Shown: in pieces, positions 24,871 to 32,800 of the stretch | How the letters are laid out: every line of letters starts with the position of its first letter | Position numbering within the stretch: position 1 is the first letter of the stretch | Assembly: GCA_035489815.1 (NCBI GenBank) | Contig: DATHJH010000012.1 | Location: 1,359-65,358, forward strand | DNA length: 64,000 nt | From: Candidatus Limnocylindria bacterium | GTDB lineage: Bacteria; Patescibacteriota; Saccharimonadia; Saccharimonadales; JAGQNK01 | Reading direction: 5' to 3' | Program-made: the position numbers and the translations under genes | Notes under the pieces: generated by a model | The model's input: only the letters and a program-made list of their open reading frames with translations | Told to the model about the DNA's origin: nothing | Databases searched by the model: none

Positions 24871-27800
24871 TTAGAATGGAGTGTCGAGGGGTTGGAGGAG
24901 GCCGTCGGTGAAGGTTTTGCCGTGACGGAGACGTTTGCCCGGATCGCTGGTGAAAAACAGAGATAAATCCTCTATGGTTGGACCGCGTGAAACGTCTTCA
25001 GGGAATCCCCAGGCGTTCTGGCTATCTATAGTTAGGTTCAGGAAATAGTAACGGGCGCAGAGCGTATCCGTCCCTGAGCCATCTTTTGGTATGTAGGCAC
25101 CCGGGCTGGTGAGCGTAATAGCACCAAAGTTCGTATTTTGGCCCCAAGTGGTCATATCAGATGAACCGCAGTCTGTAGCTATCCCGTCAGTATCGTTCAT
25201 GGAGCGATAATTCAAGAGCCACCGCGCTCCATCGGCGTTATCCAGTCCATTAGCCAAGAATTTAGTGGGGAATACGTCGGTATCAGTGTCTATGGCAATC
25301 GAATAATTGGCGATCTGTGGCTGGAATTGTAAAGTTGTATGCACGACACGATCAGTGGTAGTAAATGCGGCTCCTGCACAGTTATAGCCACCTAAGACAT
25401 AAGCCCTGCCCCCTGAGTAAGAAATCGACGCCCCATAGCGAACAATGTTAAAACGAACGTTAGTCTGAGACCAGTACCCCAAAGAACCGTTAGCATTAAT
25501 GGGTATGACATAGGTGTTATTGGTACAAACTGCGGCGGCAGACCTGCCCCCAAACAGATACAAAAAGCCATTACTTGCAAAGCCATCTGCTTGCCGTACG
25601 GGCTGTGGCAACTTTTCGGTCTGTGTCCAGCTACCGACCTCTCCGCTGCTGTTGATAGGCGCATATTGGGCATCCAGCAAATAGTTCGTACCGTCAAATC
25701 CGCCAAGAATATAGAGAAAACTTCCATAGGCTATAGCCACATGGCCGCTACGAACAGTAGTAAAGACGGTCATGTTGGTAGTGGTCCAAGGTAAGCCTAT
25801 ATCACCCCCGCTAGCCAATGATGGGCTCGCGTATATAACATTCGATGCAGCACTAGAACCATCATTACCACCTGTCACGTAAATCCGATTATTCCAAACG
25901 GTTGAGCTATGCATGGTTCTACCTGCTGGCAAATCGTTCGACGTATTTACTGTATTCCAGGCTGTAACCTGCCCGCTGGCATCGGGCGTACCGTAATAGA
26001 TATCTACAGTACCTGCTGTTGAGCCTGATGCCTGGCCACCTATAAAATAGAGTGTGCCTCCCACAACCTCCATCTGGCCGTGAGCCTTTGCAAGTGGCAA
26101 TGTATCATCTGTAGTATTAGCCCAAGTACCTACGGTTCCGTCAGCGTTTAATGGAGCAACCTGGACATTATTCGTGGCAGTCGTACAGTCTGTGGCTGTC
26201 GTACAACCGCCAGCCACATACATGTAGCCGTTGTAGATTGTCGAAGCTGCTGCATACCGATCAGTAACAAACAGGCCATCGCCAACAGAAGTATAAGATG
26301 CCGGCGAGGCGCTATAGTTGTTGTACACCTGCACTTTTTCATTCACACCGCTTTGGGCGCTACAGCTTCCAGGAGGCGCACCGTTGGTGCAGCCTCCCAC
26401 TACATAAACATAGCCGTTGGCTGCAGCGGCACCTTCGTTCCATCTCGGTGTGATGGCCGTGGTCGAAGTGGTCCAAGCACCAAGATCTCCGGTGGTCTGG
26501 TCTATCTTGGCGTATTGTATGTCATCCAGCGTAGCAGGCGTGCCGCTTCCATCATGCCCTCCTATGACATAAATGTAGCCGTTAACCCCTACCGCTACCC
26601 CGCGCCGCCGGGGCCGACCACTGAGGGCAGTGGTCGTATCCCAGGCAGCGGTTGCTGCCCCATCGGCTCGTACGATATTGCCACTAGAGTTTATGGTAGC
26701 AAAGTAGACCGTGCTGGACTGACCTCCCGCGCTGGTACCACCACCTGCCAGGTAAATATAGTTTGCGTAGTATATGCCGGCCATCAAGCCGACAGCCGTG
26801 CCTAGTTGTAGCTGATTCGTTTCTGCGCATGTACCTACCGCTCCCGTGGAGTTTGTAATGGGGCATTTAAAAACATCTGTGACGTATCCCGAACCGGCAG
26901 TACAACCGATTCCGGCAGCACCGCCGCAACCCCCAATCGAGTAAATACTACCCGCCGTGGCCGTATCGGCTCTCGTTACTACGAAGGAGTGGCCATACGC
27001 CGTAGCTAATCTGTTAGTAGCAGTAGCGTCCCAAGCACCTATACTTCCATCCGCAGCAAACTGAGCATGGAAGATCGTTCTTACGTAAGCCGCCCCATTT
27101 GACCCGCCTACCACATACACTCGATTGTTATATACCGCTACGCCAAACCCACCAACACCTGTCGTGCCATTAAGTCCGCTGTTATCGACAAGCCAAGTAC
27201 CGATTGACCCATCGGCATTTATGGGTGCATAGCCAGTATTATCGCTCATAGTGTCACAGTCATTAACGGAGCAACCACCGATGTTGTATATATATCCATT
27301 ATTGATAACTACCCCCATGCCAGTGCGCCCAACCTGACCATCTGCATTACCCATCGTCGGTTGGGCATTTTCGTTTTCTATGGGCCCGAGGTTTCCGTCC
27401 CCGTTAATGACACCGTACGCATTTGCGGTTTGCGGGCCACTGGTGCCACTACAATTGCTGCTGGCTGTCGGCTGAATGCACCCACCAATAGAGTAAAGTG
27501 TGTTGCGCCAAGCCACGAACCCTTGGCCGAATTGCCGGCCCCTCGTCCCTGTTACCGCATACGTTGTCCAGTCCGTAACCGACCCGTCGGCGTTGATACT
27601 TGCCATTTGCACCGATAACCGATTCAGGTCTATGGAGTAACCTTGGCTCGACACGGTTTGGCTCACGTCAACCGTCAGGCTAGTGTTATTGGTGACATTT
27701 GTAATTGTTGCTGTAGTGCCGTTGGCAAATGTAATCGACATGCCCGCTGTTACCCCAGAGCTTAACCAAGTTGTCCCAGAGCCAGTCACGGTTGTTGTGC

Positions 27801-29733
27801 TCTGACTGGCGGTATTAGTGTTGTAGAATGAGCTACAATCCGTTGCCGTGACGGTGCTACAGCCGCCGTTTATATACATATACCCGCCCGAAATCGTAGC
27901 CATAGACCCCCCAAAGGTAGCCCGAGCCGTTGGCAAGGCTGTTGTGGTCACCCAGCTACTCCCCAAAGTGCCGTCAGGTAGTACCTTGATGTATTGGACT
28001 GTGGTTTGTGTTGTTGTACCATTTACACCACCGACAACATATAGGTAGCCATTATACTGCAGCGCAGCATGTGCCCAACGGCCGGAAGTAAGCGCTGTAA
28101 TTCCGGCTGCTACCCAAGTACCCAAAGATCCGTTGGGGTTAATATTTGCTACCTCTACGGTAGCCACCCCTCCCGTGGATCCATTTGTTTGCCCGCCCAA
28201 GAGATACATCTTGTTGTTGTATGGTATGGCAGAGGCAAAGCTTCTCTCCGTGCTCAGTGCCGTAGTAGTACTCCAAGGTAGCGGCTCACCATTAGCACCA
28301 ATTTTCGCGTAATAGGTTGTCGTGCTACGAGTGCCGCCCGAATCTTTTCCACCCATGAGATAAAGATAGCCGTTGTAGGTCGATACACTCATGGAATCGC
28401 GAACAGCGCCGGCAGGTAGATCATAAGCGTTATTAGTACACCAATTGGTACAGGCACCTGCTCCCGGGTTAGGGGCAACGAGGGTGTTGTTGGAAGTATC
28501 CAACTTTGCCCAGTAGACATTACCGACACGAGTTGAGCCGCTATTGCCACCGATAACATACACATAGCCCCCCGCCACTACCGTGCCGTGATTCCAGCGG
28601 GCCGCCGGCAGCGACATAGTGCCGGTATAGCTAGGAAGCCGGGCGCCAGTGAGTACGCCCTTTTGGATCAATTCATTGGAAACATCAAAGTCAACATTAC
28701 TCTCGTTGTTGCCGCGCATAAATTCAGCGGCTGTTTCAACATAAATGCTTGGGTCAATACTTAGTGGATAATTGGCTTGCTTGAGGCCTTCGGCTTTTAC
28801 AAGTAACTTATTCCCTTCCAGCAGGTAGGAAACCTTCACATCTGATTTGGTTTTGTCCTTTTCTAGCACGGTCGGTGCTGGAATGCTAAACAGTAGCTTA
28901 TTCTTAGGGGCATTGCCACGAACTTTTTCAAGCAGCTCTGCATCGGCGTCACTACCCGTAGCTACCTGGCCGTTGATTGGAAGTTCGCTGCCGTAGACGC
29001 CAATAGACCCGTTCTTTTCAAGTCTGGCTTCCAAGCCGTTTTCCAGCCCAAGTTCGTATTCATACTCCAATGTATCCTTTGTGTATCTGTCCAGCACTAT
29101 ATCTTCTTTCACGCCAGCCGCCTGCGCAGTATAAACAAGGTAGCCAGGTTGGCCCGCGAGCCGATACAGCACTTGGTTCTTGTCTTGTTTGCCTTCCAGC
29201 AAACGGAATTTTGGCTTGAGCGTAAACTCAGTTTGACTAAGCGGATCAGTGACTGACATGCCTTTTGCGGGATCCGCAGCGAATGAGGCATTTATACGCG
29301 GATTTCCCGTATTGCTCATTGTGCTCTCTGGATTCGTTACGCCAGTATAGCCAGCGTTATATTCAAAACTTTCCTGTTTGGCGTCAAACTTGAGCACGTC
29401 GGCAAATTTCTGACTCTGTTTTGGAAGCAACGCCCGGGCGGCTTTGCTCAAATGATACGGCTTGGCATCCAAAAACGGCTGAATAGTTGCTACGCCGATA
29501 GAAAGTATCAACAATACTATAGAGGCGAAAGCATAGGCCCGTAGATAGATTGGAGTTTTGGTCTTATGCTTTTTGGTTGCTAGTTTACCAAGCGCAAAGA
29601 TCATTTTGTGAGCCCGGGTAGGCATGCAAGCAGGCGCTTTTAAACGATGATCCCTGGTTGCCAATGCAGCAACGCGACGTCCAGGTAACGCTGTCTGTAC
29701 TTTCCTAGTATCCCTCATCCGAATATCGTTCAT
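24871..29733 (-). CDS. giant membrane-anchored Kelch-repeat protein (18 blades, about three beta-propellers)
   Basis: 1620 aa. N-terminal TM (AFASIVLLILSIGVATI). 18 occurrences of the Kelch signature hydrophobic-x-Y-hydrophobic-x-GG (YVYVIGG, YLYLMGG, KMYLLGG ... RAYVLGG) between aa 380 and 1470 (nt 25324-28596). N-terminal module ending in YPLSIDPSIY. Distinct 150-aa C-terminal domain. Confidence 0.85.
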   Translation of the reverse strand: MNDIRMRDTRKVQTALPGRRVAALATRDHRLKAPACMPTRAHKMIFALGKLATKKHKTKTPIYLRAYAFASIVLLILSIGVATIQPFLDAKPYHLSKAARALLPKQSQKFADVLKFDAKQESFEYNAGYTGVTNPESTMSNTGNPRINASFAADPAKGMSVTDPLSQTEFTLKPKFRLLEGKQDKNQVLYRLAGQPGYLVYTAQAAGVKEDIVLDRYTKDTLEYEYELGLENGLEARLEKNGSIGVYGSELPINGQVATGSDADAELLEKVRGNAPKNKLLFSIPAPTVLEKDKTKSDVKVSYLLEGNKLLVKAEGLKQANYPLSIDPSIYVETAAEFMRGNNESNVDFDVSNELIQKGVLTGARLPSYTGTMSLPAARWNHGTVVAGGYVYVIGGNSGSTRVGNVYWAKLDTSNNTLVAPNPGAGACTNWCTNNAYDLPAGAVRDSMSVSTYNGYLYLMGGKDSGGTRSTTTYYAKIGANGEPLPWSTTTALSTERSFASAIPYNNKMYLLGGQTNGSTGGVATVEVANINPNGSLGTWVAAGITALTSGRWAHAALQYNGYLYVVGGVNGTTTQTTVQYIKVLPDGTLGSSWVTTTALPTARATFGGSMATISGGYMYINGGCSTVTATDCSSFYNTNTASQSTTTVTGSGTTWLSSGVTAGMSITFANGTTATITNVTNNTSLTVDVSQTVSSQGYSIDLNRLSVQMASINADGSVTDWTTYAVTGTRGRQFGQGFVAWRNTLYSIGGCIQPTASSNCSGTSGPQTANAYGVINGDGNLGPIENENAQPTMGNADGQVGRTGMGVVINNGYIYNIGGCSVNDCDTMSDNTGYAPINADGSIGTWLVDNSGLNGTTGVGGFGVAVYNNRVYVVGGSNGAAYVRTIFHAQFAADGSIGAWDATATNRLATAYGHSFVVTRADTATAGSIYSIGGCGGAAGIGCTAGSGYVTDVFKCPITNSTGAVGTCAETNQLQLGTAVGLMAGIYYANYIYLAGGGTSAGGQSSTVYFATINSSGNIVRADGAATAAWDTTTALSGRPRRRGVAVGVNGYIYVIGGHDGSGTPATLDDIQYAKIDQTTGDLGAWTTSTTAITPRWNEGAAAANGYVYVVGGCTNGAPPGSCSAQSGVNEKVQVYNNYSASPASYTSVGDGLFVTDRYAAASTIYNGYMYVAGGCTTATDCTTATNNVQVAPLNADGTVGTWANTTDDTLPLAKAHGQMEVVGGTLYFIGGQASGSTAGTVDIYYGTPDASGQVTAWNTVNTSNDLPAGRTMHSSTVWNNRIYVTGGNDGSSAASNVIYASPSLASGGDIGLPWTTTNMTVFTTVRSGHVAIAYGSFLYILGGFDGTNYLLDAQYAPINSSGEVGSWTQTEKLPQPVRQADGFASNGFLYLFGGRSAAAVCTNNTYVIPINANGSLGYWSQTNVRFNIVRYGASISYSGGRAYVLGGYNCAGAAFTTTDRVVHTTLQFQPQIANYSIAIDTDTDVFPTKFLANGLDNADGARWLLNYRSMNDTDGIATDCGSSDMTTWGQNTNFGAITLTSPGAYIPKDGSGTDTLCARYYFLNLTIDSQNAWGFPEDVSRGPTIEDLSLFFTSDPGKRLRHGKTFTDGLLQPLDTPF

Positions 29734-29826
29734 TCCTCAGGCTTTTTTTGTTTAGATTACTTTAGTGTCTAACCTCTTCCTAATGGTTATATTCTACGTC
29801 AAGTCGCCTCTGTTTTAAAGTTCAGC

Positions 29827-32800
29827 CTACTGGTTGGTGTAAGTGAAGTCGAGGTTCTCGACATACACATTGGCTTCGTTCATTGCTTTGACATTTATCT
29901 TGAAGATTATGTAGTCCCCTGGGGCAAAGCCACAGGCCGTTTCATTCCCGTTGAACAGAGTAGTATTCCATGCATTAGCAGTCGGAGTAGTAACCGTTGA
30001 TTCTGTTACACCGTCACAAGAAGTAACTCCTCCGGAACTTGCTTTTCTGTAGACTTGATACGTCACTTTGCCGTTGGTTCCGCTTGCGGCATCAGTAAGC
30101 CACGTTAGCTTGATAGTGTTAGCGTCAATAAAGCCCTCAAAGGTAGTCGGTAACTTGTAGTTCACATAAATACTATAGGTTTGCATCGTTGGTTGCGGAG
30201 AGGTCCATTTATAGAAGTTGCGAACTTCACCAGAAGCACACAGGCTGCCGACACTTAAAGCCGCGTCATTTGAACAGAAGTCAGAGGTCAGCGTACCCAC
30301 GCCTGGGAAACCGCCACCGTTTAGAACAGCACCAGCATATTCTGGAGTAAGTGTAATTATATTGTCTGGTGCGGCTCCACATGCCCCCCAAGCCGTACCG
30401 TCGTAACACTGGATCTTTCCTGATGTAGTGTCGTAGTACATAGAGCCTGCAAGTGAGGCGTTGGCTCCAGTGAACGGTGTGCCCGCGTAAGTATCAAGGG
30501 TGAGTAGTGTCAGACCCTGGCTAGTCGTGCCACCAATCCTTAGGACGCCAGTGTTTTGGGTACCTGAGGAGTTCCGTGAAACGATGCTTAGGTTATCGAC
30601 GTACATATTTCGTGTCGTGCCATCACTCTGGTAGATAGCCAGATACGCTGATGAATTGGTTGCAGTACTATTGGTTGTCATGGCGCAAGTAAACTTCGTA
30701 AAGCTTGACGTACTCAGGGTGGGATTGGTGCCGGCCACACAAGTAGAGTTGTTGCTTGCTGTGCCCGTCGGGCTTAACACAACAACTAGGTTGCTATTTG
30801 CCAACGCAACACTTGTGCGTACTGAGAAGCTGATGTTGTACGTGGTGCTTGCCGACATTGCAGTACCAACATTATTACGAAGCCCTTGCGCCGCCCCAGT
30901 CGTTGCAGCCCTAGCACTGTAGGTTCCACTAGCAACTATTGATGACTCGCAGCTTAATGTGCTACTGTGCGCAGCCCAACTGGTAGGAGAGGTCGGACAG
31001 CCCGACTCAGCTCCTGAGTTAAGGGCAACATTAAGGCCGCTACCTGTATTTGTAGAATCCAAGCTGAATAACGTTGCTCCGACCGAGTTCTGAAGCTGAA
31101 ATACATTGGCAGCATCTGTTGTAGTTCTTGCGACAACCGTACCGAGAAGTGATATACCGCCGGTACCGGACTGAATGGTAGTTGCACCTGTGCTGGCGGT
31201 AGAACCCAGCGTTACCGTCTTGGCGCCGGTGCCACCAGTACCAAGGTTGATGGCTTGGGCGCCGGTGCCTACTCCCAGGTTAATAGTACCTGTCTGGAGC
31301 CCGGTACCACCGATGCTGATTGTGCCGCCGGTCATAGCAGTACCAAGAGAAATCGAGCCGGCGGTTTGCCCGGTACCGATTGAAATAACATTAGCTGCGG
31401 TGCCCGTACCAAGGTTTACCGTCTTCACGCCGGTATTGCCAGTACCAAGGTTAACAATTTGGGCGCCGGTACCACCACCGAACGTAATAGTACCTGTCTG
31501 GAGGCCAGTGCCGCCAATACTGATGGTGCCAGTGGTCATAGCAGCACCAATTGCTACGGAGCCAGCCGTCTGGGTGTTTCCCATACCTATGGCATTTGCC
31601 CCGGTGCCACCGATATTTATGGTGTTTGCAACTGCACCTGTACCAATACTAATTATTTTGGCGTTTGCGCCAGTACCTACATTAACCGTCCCCGTAGTCC
31701 CGGAGTCCAGTGTCACAGTACTTGTGGTTGCCGAAGAGACTGTAAGTGCTCCCGTGCCCAGTATGCTGGTTGCATTTGTAGATAAAACGTTCGCAGCGCT
31801 GCGGTACAGAGAAGTATCATTTCCAAACAATATCCCGGAAGCCGACGTACCGCCCGTCCCGGTAAGCGACAAAGCTACCGCTCCCGTACCCGATGGTTCA
31901 GCGATCCGTACGCCTATGTTAGAGGTCGTACCGGTAGACAGTGTTGACACGTCCAACCCGATGTTGTTGACAACCGTACCGCCGCCGCTAGCTTCCGGGT
32001 TCCTGGCCCAGAAAGAACGGGCAGTCGTCAAGGTATACCCGGCCTGAACATGATCATCGAACAGCCGCGGCAACCAAGTCATATACCCGGCGTAATCTGT
32101 TACGGTGTGGGTGCCTGTGCCGCCGGCCCGGCCAAAGAACGGATTGTCATAGTAGCCGGTCATGACGGCCGTCGTTCCGGCAGCGCCGGAGTGGTTCAGA
32201 CGGTGGCTCACGCTTGCCGCGTAACCGGATATAGTGAAGAGAGCAGCGTCATTGATACCGCCGACAGTCGGTTGGAACGTCGGCGATGCAGAGAAGGCCG
32301 GCGCGCTCCCGAAGCTAAAGGAAGTGTCTTGCTGGAATGTCGGGGCATAATCATAACCCAACAGCGCCCAGACCGATGCACCGGCAACACTCACAGTATC
32401 GTTGAACGATATAAGTGCCGGGAAGGTGCCGTTAGCCACCGAAGTCTGGCCATTGAACGTCAGACGGGAGTTGAGGACTTCTACTTCGTTTGGCGTCGTG
32501 CTACTCCAGGCCTGATTACTACCCCTTAGGGTCAGTACATCACCTTGGGTCGTGCCGCCAATCACATCACCAGACAAGGTTAGGCTTCCAGTCAGGTTGG
32601 CATTGCCGCTGGTGTCTATTGTCAGTCGGGTTACCCCGGCTGTTTCAAGGGCCAAGCTATGACTACTGTTTGTGCCAAGTACTGCCGTACTACTGACCGT
32701 GTTGCCGTCCAGCAAAAAGGCATTGGCGGTTGTGGCAAATGTCGAGCTACAGTTGGATAGATGATTCGAGGCATTGCGGCATACTACCGTGTCCGTATTA

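Noticed and set aside
24985-25005. parS-like half site (CGTGAAACG) inside the Kelch gene near parAB
   Set aside because: Only about 11 of 16 positions match TGTTNCACGTGAAACA, and the left half is not palindromic. It is probably a chance match.
31175-32047. Long plus-strand ORFs inside the giant genes (for example 31175-32047 at 290 aa, 33727-34431, 42844-43476, 40440-40946), many of them Pro/Val-rich
   Set aside because: They are antisense to much longer minus-strand ORFs that have clear domain content. Their Pro/Val/Ala-rich composition is the expected mirror of Gly/Thr/Asn codons, so they are treated as shadow ORFs.
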